Below, in pieces: positions 1 through 8,894 of a stretch of DNA of 50,527 nt. The position numbers and the translations under genes were made by a program. Source of the DNA: Flavobacteriaceae bacterium (GTDB lineage: Bacteria; Bacteroidota; Bacteroidia; Flavobacteriales; Flavobacteriaceae). Numbering within the stretch: position 1 is the stretch's first letter; every line of letters begins with the position of its first letter. The notes under the pieces are model-generated. The model had not been told where the DNA came from and ran no database searches. It saw only the letters and a list, made by a program, of their open reading frames with translations. The stretch covers positions 1 through 50,527 of the forward strand of contig JAGQZA010000001.1 in assembly GCA_020435805.1 (NCBI GenBank), written 5' to 3'.

Positions 1-147
1 TGGCAGGTGGTCAAAGGTCATGGGCCTTGCAATAAAGAACGAATAAAAGCACGTATAGATGCTTGGGAAGAAGGTGCATGGGTACGTGATGCCGCCATGA
101 CCTATGCTGAAAAACAAGAAAATAAGAAACTTAAAAAAGTAGGATAA
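1..147 (+). CDS. paaA: Phenylacetyl-CoA epoxidase subunit A, 3' end (partial, truncated by window)
   Basis: Frame 1 translates to WQVVKGHGPCNKERIKARIDAWEEGAWVRDAAMTYAEKQ...* (TAA 145-147), matching the PaaA C-terminus; directly upstream of paaB. Not in the ORF track. Confidence 0.9.
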   Translation, partial: WQVVKGHGPCNKERIKARIDAWEEGAWVRDAAMTYAEKQENKKLKKVG

Positions 148-148
148 A

Positions 149-201
149 TTCCCCCTTTGAAGAGCTTGTCCCGAATTTATTTCGGGAGGGTTAGGGGGAT
201 G
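149..201 (+). repeat. Family B palindromic repeat carrying a nested 24-bp hairpin insertion (164-187)
   Basis: TTCCCCCTTTGAAGA[GCTTGTCCCGAATTTATTTCGGGA]GGGTTAGGGGGATG. Removing the bracket gives a same-length near copy of 4291-4319. Confidence 0.85.
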
Positions 202-226
202 TCTCTCACCTTTTAAAAATAGAAAT

Positions 227-511
227 ATGAAAAAAAACTGGCCCCTTTGGGAAGTATTTGTACGAAGTAAAAACGGATTGGAACACCGCCATTTTGGAAG
301 CCTTCACGCTGCGGATGCAGAAATGGCTCTTGAAAATGCTCGCGATGTCTATACCCGCCGTAATGAAGGCGTGAGTATTTGGGTAGTAGAGAGTAAATAT
401 ATTACGGCTTCCAACCCGGCAGAGAATGGCGAACTTTTTGAACCTGCAAAAGACAAAGTGTATCGCCATCCTACTTTTTATAACCTTCCCGACGAAGTAA
501 AACATATGTGA
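227..511 (+). CDS. paaB: Phenylacetyl-CoA epoxidase subunit B
   Basis: WPLWEVFVR..GLEHRHFGSLHAADAEMALENARDVYTRRNEGVSIWVV and DKVYRHPTFY motifs. Confidence 0.96.
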   Translation: MKKNWPLWEVFVRSKNGLEHRHFGSLHAADAEMALENARDVYTRRNEGVSIWVVESKYITASNPAENGELFEPAKDKVYRHPTFYNLPDEVKHM

Positions 512-520
512 TAATTATTT

Positions 521-544
521 GTCTCCTTGAGCGCAGTCGAAAGG
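521..544 (+). repeat. Family A REP-like palindrome, intergenic
   Basis: GTCT-CCTT-GAGCGCAGTCGA-AAGG. Confidence 0.9.
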
Positions 545-569
545 TTTTAGATAAATAAAAAAATTGATA

Positions 570-1325
570 ATGAGCAACGAACAGTTATATAATTACATTT
601 TAGGAATTGCAGACAATAATTTAATTCTTGGTCAGCGGCTGGGAGAACTTTGTGGTCACGGCCCTAATTTGGAAACCGATATTGCGTTAACCAATATAGC
701 CTTGGATTTATTTGGGCAAACAAGAAGTTATTATCAGTACGCTGCAACACTTTCTGAAAATCACAAAACCGAAGACGATGTAGCCTTTTTAAGAACCGAA
801 CGAGAATACAAAAATGCGCTTTTAGTAGAGCAACCCAATACGCATTTTGGGTATGTGATTGCCCGACAGTTTTTGTTCGATGTGTTTCATTATTTGTTTG
901 TGGAACAGCTTCAACAAAGTAAGGATGAAACACTTTCGGCTATTGCCAAAAAAGCAATAAAGGAAGTTAGCTATCATAAACGATTTTCGGGAGATTGGGT
1001 GAAACGCCTTGGCGATGGTACTTCCGAAAGTCACAAAAAAATTCAAGAAGCGGTACATGATTTATGGCCTTATACTCAGGAACTTTTTGAAATAACCAAA
1101 ACAGATACATTGGCCATAGATGAAGGTGTTGGTGTAAATCTTTCAGAATTAAAATCGAAATATCAAGAGGAAGTTGCTGAGGTTTTTAAAGAAGCAACGC
1201 TAACAATTCCGGAAAATCCCTTCTTTCAAAAAGGAGGAAAACAGGGAATTCACTCAGAACATATGGGGTATCTTCTGGCAGACCTGCAATATATGCAACG
1301 CACATATCCTAATATGAATTGGTAA
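570..1325 (+). CDS. paaC: Phenylacetyl-CoA epoxidase subunit C
   Basis: ADNNLILGQRLGELCGHGPNLETDIAL, LVEQPN, KEVSYH, GKQGIHSEHMGYLLADLQYMQRTYP; ATG at 570 preferred over TTG at 564. Confidence 0.95.
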   Translation: MSNEQLYNYILGIADNNLILGQRLGELCGHGPNLETDIALTNIALDLFGQTRSYYQYAATLSENHKTEDDVAFLRTEREYKNALLVEQPNTHFGYVIARQFLFDVFHYLFVEQLQQSKDETLSAIAKKAIKEVSYHKRFSGDWVKRLGDGTSESHKKIQEAVHDLWPYTQELFEITKTDTLAIDEGVGVNLSELKSKYQEEVAEVFKEATLTIPENPFFQKGGKQGIHSEHMGYLLADLQYMQRTYPNMNW

Positions 1326-1337
1326 ACAAATAAGAAT

Positions 1338-1364
1338 GTCACCTCGAGCGCAGTCGAGAGGTCT
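1338..1364 (+). repeat. Family A REP-like palindrome, intergenic
   Basis: GTCA-CCTC-GAGCGCAGTCGA-GAGG-TCT. Confidence 0.9.
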
Positions 1365-1370
1365 CACAAA

Positions 1371-1871
1371 ATGGTTTTAGAAAAAACACATATCGAAAAG
1401 CACTTAATCCCTATTCTGGAGGCAGTTTCCGATCCCGAAATTCCGGTGCTTTCCGTATTGGATTTGGGTGTTATTCGGGAAGCGGTTGAGGAAGAGGGGG
1501 TCGTAAAAATAAAACTAACACCAACTTATTCGGGTTGCCCTGCTATGGATGTGATTAGCGATGATTTACGGAAAGCCTTTTCAGAAATAGGGAAAAATGC
1601 GGTTGTAGAATTAATCCTTTCTCCAGCTTGGAGTACCGATTGGATAAGTGAAGCAGGACTCAAAAAAATGGAAGCGTACGGAATTGCTCGACCACTATCG
1701 GGAACTCATGATAAAGCAGTTTTACTGGGAAATGAAAAGTTAGTGAAGTGCCCTCAATGTGGAAGCAGAAATACCCATTTGGTAAGTCAGTTTGGATCTA
1801 CCGCCTGTAAAGCATTATTTCAATGTGAGGATTGCCATGAACCTTTCGACTATTTTAAATGTTTAAAATAA
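1371..1871 (+). CDS. paaD: Phenylacetyl-CoA epoxidase subunit D (Fe-S maturation)
   Basis: DPEIPVLSVLDLG, TPTYSGCPAM, CPQCGS...SQFGSTACKALFQC..C.EPFDYFKC. Confidence 0.95.
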   Translation: MVLEKTHIEKHLIPILEAVSDPEIPVLSVLDLGVIREAVEEEGVVKIKLTPTYSGCPAMDVISDDLRKAFSEIGKNAVVELILSPAWSTDWISEAGLKKMEAYGIARPLSGTHDKAVLLGNEKLVKCPQCGSRNTHLVSQFGSTACKALFQCEDCHEPFDYFKCLK

Positions 1872-1875
1872 AAAG

Positions 1876-2655
1876 ATGAAAAGTATAGAAGCCTCTATTG
1901 AGAATAATGTAGCAACACTTAAATTAAACAGACCCGAAGTCTTTAATAGCTTTAACCGTGAAATGGCGTTGCTCCTTCAAAAAGAGTTGGATGCAGCTGA
2001 ATCCAATTCCCAGGTTAGGGCGATTGTCATTACAGGTAACGGAAAAGCTTTTTGCGCAGGGCAAGATTTGAAAGAGGTAACCACACCGGAATTAAATCCC
2101 GGATTCAAAAAAATTTTGGATGAACATTATAATCCCATAATCGCTCGAATCCGCTCCATTGAAAAACCTATTATTGCTGCGGTAAATGGTGTAGCTGCTG
2201 GTGCCGGTGCTAATATTGCCTTGGCTTGCGATGTGGTCATTGCTTCAGAATATGCTAGTTTTATTCAGGCATTCAGTAAAATAGGGTTGATTCCAGATAG
2301 CGGCGGAACCTTCTTTTTACCACGACTGATTGGTTTTCAGAAAGCTTCGGCACTCATGATGTTGGGAGATAAGGTTTCGGCTAGTGATGCTGAAAAGCTG
2401 GGGATGGTATATAAAGTAATTTCTTCGGAAGAATTTGAAAATGAATTTCAAAAAATTGCCGCTACACTTTCCAAAATGCCAACCAAAGCCTTGGGAATGA
2501 CAAAACGTTTGCTTAACCAATCAATGGTAAGCAACTTAGATGAGCAATTGGATTTGGAAGGAAAGTTACAAATAGAAGCAGCACAAAGTGATGATTATGC
2601 CGAAGGGGTTACTGCCTTTGTTGAAAAAAGAACCCCTAATTTTAAAGGAAAATAA
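1876..2655 (+). CDS. paaG: 1,2-epoxyphenylacetyl-CoA isomerase (crotonase family)
   Basis: AFCAGQDL, AVNGVAAGAGANIALACD, GLIPDSGGT; operon context. Confidence 0.9.
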   Translation: MKSIEASIENNVATLKLNRPEVFNSFNREMALLLQKELDAAESNSQVRAIVITGNGKAFCAGQDLKEVTTPELNPGFKKILDEHYNPIIARIRSIEKPIIAAVNGVAAGAGANIALACDVVIASEYASFIQAFSKIGLIPDSGGTFFLPRLIGFQKASALMMLGDKVSASDAEKLGMVYKVISSEEFENEFQKIAATLSKMPTKALGMTKRLLNQSMVSNLDEQLDLEGKLQIEAAQSDDYAEGVTAFVEKRTPNFKGK

Positions 2656-2658
2656 AAT

Positions 2659-2685
2659 GTCTCCCCGAGCGTAGTCGAGGGGTCT
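2659..2685 (+). repeat. Family A REP-like palindrome, intergenic
   Basis: GTCT-CCCC-GAGCGTAGTCGA-GGGG-TCT. Confidence 0.9.
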
Positions 2686-2689
2686 GTAT

Positions 2690-3874
2690 ATGGAAAAAAT
2701 ATCAAAAATAGGAATTATAGGAGCAGGAACCATGGGAAGCGGCATTGCGCAAGTGGCTGCCACAGGCGATTGTAAGGTAAAATTATTCGATACCAATGAA
2801 TCGGCTTTGGAAAAAGCCAAAAATGCTTTAGCCAACATATTAAATAGACTCATTGAAAAAGGCAAGATTGATACTGCTGAAAAAAGCAGAATCGAAGGAA
2901 ATATATCCTATGTAAATTCTTTAAAGGAATTAGCAGATTCGCAATTGGTTATCGAGGCGATTATTGAAAATCTGGAAATAAAACAAAAGGTTTTTCAAGA
3001 ATTGGAAAGCTATGTTTCTGAAGACTGTATTATTGCAACAAACACTTCTTCATTATCGGTAGCATCCATTGCTTCATCACTTCAGAAACCGGAACGATGT
3101 ATAGGGATTCATTTTTTTAATCCGGCGCCTTTGATGCAATTGGTGGAGGTAGTACCTGCCATTCAAACTTCAGGAGCAGTATTGGAAACAGCTTCAAAAA
3201 CCATTAAAAATTGGGGAAAAACAGTTGCGATTGCCAAAGACACCCCAGGTTTTATCGTGAATAGAGTGGCACGCCCATTTTATGGGGAAGCCCTTCGAAT
3301 TTATGAAGAAGGAATCGCTTCTTTTTCTGAAATTGATACTGCTATGAAAGATATGGGAGGATTTCGTATGGGGCCTTTCGAACTCATGGATTTTATTGGG
3401 AACGATGTAAACTATACCGTTACCGAAACAGTTTTTGAAGCTTTTTATTACGATCCGCGCTACAAGCCCTCATTTACCCAAAAGCGCTACAGCGAAGCTG
3501 GTTGGTTAGGAAGAAAATCTGGGAAAGGGTATTACAATTATGATCAAAACGGAAATAGAGAAGAAATTGAGACTGTCTCGTCGAGCGCAGTCGAGACGTC
3601 TCTTTCTAAAGTTATCTTCAACCGAATTTTAGTAATGCTCATCAATGAAGCAGCCGATGCCCTGTTTTGGAACATCGCCTCCGCAGAAGATATTGATAAT
3701 GCCATGACCAAAGGAGTTAATTACCCTAAAGGCTTATTGGCCTGGGCCGATGAAAAGGGAATCGATTGGTGTGTGCAACAAATGGATAATTTGTATGAAA
3801 CCTATCGTGAGGACCGTTATCGATGTTCCCCTTTGCTTAGGAAAATGAGTGTAGAAAGTAAAACCTTCTTTTAG
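2690..3874 (+). CDS. paaH: 3-hydroxyacyl-CoA (3-hydroxyadipyl-CoA) dehydrogenase
   Basis: GAGTMGSGIA Rossmann motif, NTSSLS, GIHFFNPA, PGFIVNRVARP, MGPFELMDFIG. Confidence 0.92.
   Translation: MEKISKIGIIGAGTMGSGIAQVAATGDCKVKLFDTNESALEKAKNALANILNRLIEKGKIDTAEKSRIEGNISYVNSLKELADSQLVIEAIIENLEIKQKVFQELESYVSEDCIIATNTSSLSVASIASSLQKPERCIGIHFFNPAPLMQLVEVVPAIQTSGAVLETASKTIKNWGKTVAIAKDTPGFIVNRVARPFYGEALRIYEEGIASFSEIDTAMKDMGGFRMGPFELMDFIGNDVNYTVTETVFEAFYYDPRYKPSFTQKRYSEAGWLGRKSGKGYYNYDQNGNREEIETVSSSAVETSLSKVIFNRILVMLINEAADALFWNIASAEDIDNAMTKGVNYPKGLLAWADEKGIDWCVQQMDNLYETYREDRYRCSPLLRKMSVESKTFF
3575..3601 (+). repeat. Family A palindrome in-frame within paaH
   Basis: GTCT-CGTC-GAGCGCAGTCGA-GACG-TCT, translated as VSSSAVETS. 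Confidence 0.9.
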
Positions 3875-4282
3875 ATGAAAGGAGAACAAATTCCACATAA
3901 AATGTTATCACAAGATGCCTTTAGCCAATGGCTGGGCATTGAAATTTTAGAATGTGAAGTTGGACGATGCAAAGTGGCAATGACGGTTCGCAAAGATATG
4001 CTGAATAGTATGTATAAAGCACACGGCGGAATTAGTTATTCTCTGGCAGATACAGCTTTCGGATTTGCGGCTAATACCCACGGAAGGTACGCTGTGTCAA
4101 TCGAAACGTCCATTAATCATATTGAAGCGTTGGAAGAAGGTGATATTTTGGTAGCCGAAAGTGTGATTGAAAAAGTAAATAATAAACTGGGTTTTAACGT
4201 AATTGAAGTAAAAAGAGGCGACGAGTTAGTGGCACTTTTTAAGGGTGTTGTATATCGAACTCAAAAAGAATGGACAGAATAG
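3875..4282 (+). CDS. paaI: PaaI-family hotdog thioesterase
   Basis: DAFSQWLGI, HGGISYSLADTAFGFAAN. Confidence 0.9.
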   Translation: MKGEQIPHKMLSQDAFSQWLGIEILECEVGRCKVAMTVRKDMLNSMYKAHGGISYSLADTAFGFAANTHGRYAVSIETSINHIEALEEGDILVAESVIEKVNNKLGFNVIEVKRGDELVALFKGVVYRTQKEWTE

Positions 4283-4290
4283 AAAAATAA

Positions 4291-4320
4291 TTCCCCCTTT
4301 GAAGGGGGTTAGGGGGATGT
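4291..4320 (+). repeat. Family B palindromic repeat, intergenic
   Basis: TTCCCCCTTTGAAGGGGGTTAGGGGGATGT. Confidence 0.88.
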
Positions 4321-4345
4321 TTTCCCTATTTGAAATAGTATATAA

Positions 4346-5557
4346 ATGAAAGAATCTTTTATCATAGACGGAATTAGAACACCCATAGGAAGTTATCAAG
4401 GTACTTTGGGCACCGTCCGCACCGATGATTTAGCGGCAATTGTCATTGCAGAAATCGTTAAACGCAATCCAAACATCCCCAAAGAAGCCTTTGATGATGT
4501 TATTTTAGGATGCGCCAATCAGGCGGGTGAAGATAATAGAAATGTGGCCCGTATGGCGCTGCTGCTGGCAGGACTGCCTTTCACCGTACCCGGTGAAACA
4601 GTCAATAGACTGTGCAGCAGCGGACTTTCAGCCATCATTCACGCCAATCGTGCCATTAAAGCGGGAGATGGTGACCTCTTTATTGCAGGAGGAGTGGAGA
4701 ATATGACCCGTGGGCCGTATGTGATTGCCAAACCCTCTTCTGCCTTTGGAACCGATGCCAAAATGTACGATTCCAGTTTTGGATGGCGCTTTGTGAACCA
4801 GAAAATGCACGAGTTGTATGGAACTGATGGCATGGGCAATACCGCAGAAAATTTGGTAGAAAAATATTCCATTTCCCGTGAAGATCAGGACGCTTTTGCT
4901 TTTAACAGTCAAATGAAAGCTTCTAAAGCGAAAGAGAAGGGACGTTTGGCTAAAGAAATTATTTCGGTGGAAATTCCGCAACGAAAAGGGGATTCTATAT
5001 TATTTTCCGAAGATGAATTCATTAAACCTACTACTACCATTGAAATATTAGCAAAATTACGTCCTGCGTTCAAAAAAGAAGGTAGCGTTACCGCCGGGAA
5101 CAGTTCCGGATTGAATGACGGAGCCGCGGCTACCATTATTGCTTCCGAAGAAGCCGTAAAAAAATATAACTTAAACCCTATTGCTAAAATTGTGAGTTCA
5201 GCGGTGGTAGGTGTAGAACCCAGAATTATGGGTATTGGTCCCGTGGAAGCCAGTAATAAAGCACTTGCCAAAGCAGGTTTAACGATGGCAGATATGGATG
5301 TGATAGAGCTTAATGAAGCCTTTGCATCTCAAGCCTTAGCTTGTATACGTGAATGGGGATTAAAAGATGATGATCCGCGTATTAACCCCAACGGAGGGTC
5401 TATTGCTATAGGGCATCCATTGGGAGTTACGGGAACTAGAATTGCATATTCTGCTGCATTAGAATTGCAACAAACAAATAAAAAATATGCCTTAATTACC
5501 ATGTGTGTGGGGGTTGGACAAGGATATGCCATGATTATTGAGAATGTAAAACTATAA
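4346..5557 (+). CDS. paaJ: 3-oxoadipyl-CoA thiolase (PaaJ/PcaF)
   Basis: GCANQAGEDNRNVARM, TVNRLCSSG, NEAFA, GHPLG, MCVGVGQG thiolase motifs. Confidence 0.92.
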   Translation: MKESFIIDGIRTPIGSYQGTLGTVRTDDLAAIVIAEIVKRNPNIPKEAFDDVILGCANQAGEDNRNVARMALLLAGLPFTVPGETVNRLCSSGLSAIIHANRAIKAGDGDLFIAGGVENMTRGPYVIAKPSSAFGTDAKMYDSSFGWRFVNQKMHELYGTDGMGNTAENLVEKYSISREDQDAFAFNSQMKASKAKEKGRLAKEIISVEIPQRKGDSILFSEDEFIKPTTTIEILAKLRPAFKKEGSVTAGNSSGLNDGAAATIIASEEAVKKYNLNPIAKIVSSAVVGVEPRIMGIGPVEASNKALAKAGLTMADMDVIELNEAFASQALACIREWGLKDDDPRINPNGGSIAIGHPLGVTGTRIAYSAALELQQTNKKYALITMCVGVGQGYAMIIENVKL

Positions 5558-5561
5558 TCAA

Positions 5562-5587
5562 GTCACCTTGAGCGCAGTCGAGAGGTC
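5562..5587 (+). repeat. Family A REP-like palindrome, intergenic
   Basis: GTCA-CCTT-GAGCGCAGTCGA-GAGG-TC. Confidence 0.9.
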
Positions 5588-5594
5588 GTAATAG

Positions 5595-8096
5595 ATGAAT
5601 ATGACAAAAACACAACATTATATCTTAGGAAATTGGAGGGATGGAGACGGCGAAGGAACACCAATTTTAGATTCAGTTACAGGAGAGCATTTTACCAACG
5701 TAACTACACAAGGGCTCGATATTCCTTCTGCTTTGCAATACGGTAGGGGTAAAGGCGAAGCACTCCGTAAAATGACCTTCCAAGAGCGTGGATTAATGCT
5801 GAAAAAATTAGCATTGTACCTCACTAAACGAAAAGAGGCCTTTTATGAATTGAGTTACCGCACTGGTGCCACCAAAATTGACAGTTGGATTGATATTGAA
5901 GGAGGATTTGGAAATTTATTTGCTAATGCTTCCCTTCGGAAATTGTTTCCCAATCAACCCTACCATGTAGAAGGGGACCCCATCGATTTATCACGGGGCG
6001 GTCGTTTTATGGCCCATCATATTATGGTACCCAGAAGAGGGGTGGCGGTTCACATTAATGCTTATAATTTCCCGGTGTGGGGCATGCTGGAAAAGTGTGC
6101 CGTAAACTGGATGGCAGGAATGCCTGCCGTTGTGTTGCCTGCGCCACAAACCGCCTATCTTACCGAAGCCGTTGTAAAGGAAATTGTGGCCTCCGGAATT
6201 TTACCCGAAGGATCCATACAATTGATTAGCGGAACGGCTAAAACAATTTTGGATACGGTGCAATCCCAGGATGTGGTGACCTTTACAGGTTCTGCAAGTA
6301 CCGGAAAAATTTTAAAAAATCATCCGCAACTAATTGAAGAATCGGTGCCCTTTACCATGGAAGCCGACAGCTTGAATGCCTCCATTTTAGGAGAAGATGC
6401 TGTGCCGGGGACTCCTGAATTTGATCTATTTATCAAAGAAGTCCGAAAAGAAATGACCGTGAAAGCGGGGCAGAAATGTACCGCCATCCGAAGGATTTTA
6501 GTCCCCGAAAAATTGGTGGAAGATGTTCAAATTGCCTTGGGAAAAGAACTAGACAAAGTCACTATTGGCGACCCTCGCCTTCAGGAAGTGCGCATGGGTG
6601 CATTAGTAGATAAAAAACAATGCGAATCTGTAAAAGAACAGATTCAGAAAATTGCTAAAACGGCCAATATTGTTTATGGAAATTTAGATGAAGTGGAGAC
6701 TTTGGGTGCCGATGCTTCCAAAGGAGCTTTCCTCAAGCCTATATTACTTCGGGAAGACCAGCCATTAAAACATGAAGCAGCACATATCACTGAAGCCTTT
6801 GGCCCCGTAAGTACCTTAATGCCGTATAAAAATCTGGAGGAAGCCATTCATCTTTCACAAATGGGGAAAGGATCTTTGGTTTCTTCCATAGTAACGTATA
6901 ATGATGCCATTGCGAAAGAATACACCATCAATGCTGCGTCTCATCACGGTAGAATCCTTATTCTAAACCGAGAAAATGCGAAACAAAGTACGGGTCATGG
7001 ATCACCGTTACCTACACTTATTCATGGAGGTCCGGGACGTGCCGGAGGCGGGGAAGAAATGGGTGGATTGCGCGGTATTAAACATTATCTGCAACGTTGT
7101 GCGGTGCAAGGAACGCCTACTACCTTAACAGAGGTAACCGGTATTTATCAACCCAAAGGAGCATATAAAGAAACCCCAAAACATCCTTTTCAATATCATT
7201 GGGAAGATATTGAACCGGGTATGTCCTTGCAAACGCATAAACGCACCATTACGGATAGCGATATTATCAATTTTGCCAATCTTACGTGGGATCACTTTTA
7301 TGCCCATACCGATATTACCTCGCTCGACGGAAGTATTTTTGAAAAGCGAACGGCACACGGCTATTTCATTTTAGCTGCCGCCGCCGGATTATTTGTCTAT
7401 CCCAATAAAGGCCCTGTTGCTGCAAATTATGGATTGGAAGATTGCAGATTCTTGCGCCCTATTTATCATAATGATACCATTTACGTTCGACTTACTTGTA
7501 AACAAAAAATAGATCGTGAACAACGTGGCGCCGAATTACCCAGCGGTATCGTAAAATGGTATGGGGAAGTTTTTGACGCCGATGATGAATTGGTAGCAAT
7601 TGTTACCGTGTTAACGATGGTTCAGAAAAAGCAAACGGTTTTTACGGAAATGACTACTTCAAAAATTGAGGAATGTCTTTCAAAACTTTCGGAGAATTCT
7701 AAGCCACAATGGGGCAATTTAACACCGCAACATATGGTAGAACATCTGGAATATACCTACAGAATTGCTTCCGGGGAAATTCAAGATTTTGAGATTGCTA
7801 CTCCTGAAAAAATTCTCGAAAAAGTACACGCTACCTTGTACAACTACGATAAAATGCCTCGGGAATATGATTTTCCGCTTCGGGAAAAATCTAAAATGGA
7901 GGAATTAAAACATCCCGATTTGCCTTCAGCAAAGCAAAAGTTGATGGAAGCCAGAGAGGCCTATCTTCAGTTTTTTAAGGAACATCCGGAGGCTAAAACC
8001 AAAAATGTGGTGTTTGGAGAGCTCAATAAATTTGAATGGTATTTAATGGAACGTAAACATTTAAATCATCATTTTGAACAATTTAATTTACTGTAA
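5595..8096 (+). CDS. paaZ: Bifunctional oxepin-CoA hydrolase / aldehyde dehydrogenase, with an extra C-terminal DinB/DUF1569-like domain
   Basis: ALDH domain (HINAYNFPVWGMLEK, EADSLN, GQKCTAIRR, GHGSPLP), MaoC hydratase domain (DHFYAH, AHGYF), then about 150 additional residues. Confidence 0.94.
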   Translation: MNMTKTQHYILGNWRDGDGEGTPILDSVTGEHFTNVTTQGLDIPSALQYGRGKGEALRKMTFQERGLMLKKLALYLTKRKEAFYELSYRTGATKIDSWIDIEGGFGNLFANASLRKLFPNQPYHVEGDPIDLSRGGRFMAHHIMVPRRGVAVHINAYNFPVWGMLEKCAVNWMAGMPAVVLPAPQTAYLTEAVVKEIVASGILPEGSIQLISGTAKTILDTVQSQDVVTFTGSASTGKILKNHPQLIEESVPFTMEADSLNASILGEDAVPGTPEFDLFIKEVRKEMTVKAGQKCTAIRRILVPEKLVEDVQIALGKELDKVTIGDPRLQEVRMGALVDKKQCESVKEQIQKIAKTANIVYGNLDEVETLGADASKGAFLKPILLREDQPLKHEAAHITEAFGPVSTLMPYKNLEEAIHLSQMGKGSLVSSIVTYNDAIAKEYTINAASHHGRILILNRENAKQSTGHGSPLPTLIHGGPGRAGGGEEMGGLRGIKHYLQRCAVQGTPTTLTEVTGIYQPKGAYKETPKHPFQYHWEDIEPGMSLQTHKRTITDSDIINFANLTWDHFYAHTDITSLDGSIFEKRTAHGYFILAAAAGLFVYPNKGPVAANYGLEDCRFLRPIYHNDTIYVRLTCKQKIDREQRGAELPSGIVKWYGEVFDADDELVAIVTVLTMVQKKQTVFTEMTTSKIEECLSKLSENSKPQWGNLTPQHMVEHLEYTYRIASGEIQDFEIATPEKILEKVHATLYNYDKMPREYDFPLREKSKMEELKHPDLPSAKQKLMEAREAYLQFFKEHPEAKTKNVVFGELNKFEWYLMERKHLNHHFEQFNLL

Positions 8097-8099
8097 CTC

Positions 8100-8852
8100 A
8101 TGGAAACGCCTTATGTAAAACAATATACTCACAATGGTATTTCCACTATAGAATTTTACCATCCGGAGCATAACAGTTTGCCTGGAGATTTACTAGCTTC
8201 TTTGGTGGAAAATATCGATCATGCCAGTGAAAATGAGGAAGTAAAAGTCGTTATTTTGAAAAGTGGTGGCGATCGTACCTTTTGCGCCGGAGCGAGTTTT
8301 CAGGAATTAATAAGTATTACTAACCCTGAAACCGGGAAAGTGTTTTTTAGTGGTTTTGCCAATGTCATCAATGCCATGCGCAAGTGTCCTAAGTTTATCA
8401 TTGGGCGCATACAAGGAAAGACCGTGGGGGGTGGAGTAGGTTTGGCTTCGGCGACCGATTTTTGTATGGCGACCAAATTTGCCTCCATTAAATTAAGTGA
8501 ATTAAACGTAGGTATTGGCCCCTTTGTAGTGGGGCCCGCAGTACAGCGAAAGTTGGGGGTAAGTGGTATGAGCCAAATTGCCATCGATGCGAATACTTTT
8601 TATTCGGCGGATTGGGCATTGCAAAAAGGACTGTATAATCAGGTGTTTGATACGTTGGAAGAGTTGGATGAAGCCGTTCAGAAATTTGCAAAAAACCTTT
8701 GTAATTACAATCCCGAAGCTATGGCCGAAATGAAGAAAATATTTTGGAAAGGTACCGAGGATTGGGATATGCTACTCGCTGAAAGAGCTGCTATTTCTGG
8801 AAGATTAGTGCTTTCAGAATTTACAAAAAACACATTAAAAAAGTATAAATAA
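8100..8852 (+). CDS. Enoyl-CoA hydratase/isomerase family protein (possibly PaaF role)
   Basis: FCAGASF, GKTVGGGVGLASATD, LSELNVGIGP crotonase motifs. Confidence 0.85.
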   Translation: METPYVKQYTHNGISTIEFYHPEHNSLPGDLLASLVENIDHASENEEVKVVILKSGGDRTFCAGASFQELISITNPETGKVFFSGFANVINAMRKCPKFIIGRIQGKTVGGGVGLASATDFCMATKFASIKLSELNVGIGPFVVGPAVQRKLGVSGMSQIAIDANTFYSADWALQKGLYNQVFDTLEELDEAVQKFAKNLCNYNPEAMAEMKKIFWKGTEDWDMLLAERAAISGRLVLSEFTKNTLKKYK

Positions 8853-8859
8853 GAACCAA

Positions 8860-8890
8860 TTCCCCCTTTGAAGGGGGGTAGGGGGATGTT
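8860..8890 (+). repeat. Family B palindromic repeat, intergenic
   Basis: TTCCCCCTTTGAAGGGGGGTAGGGGGATGTT. Confidence 0.88.
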
Positions 8891-8894
8891 AATA

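Noticed and set aside
521-8890. Intergenic palindromes as intrinsic terminators
   Set aside because: Most lack a U-tract and lie inside an operon or inside ORFs.
8868-8894. N-terminal extension MKGGRGMLI of PaaY
   Set aside because: The TTG start lies within the family B repeat; the homologous start is ATG 8895.
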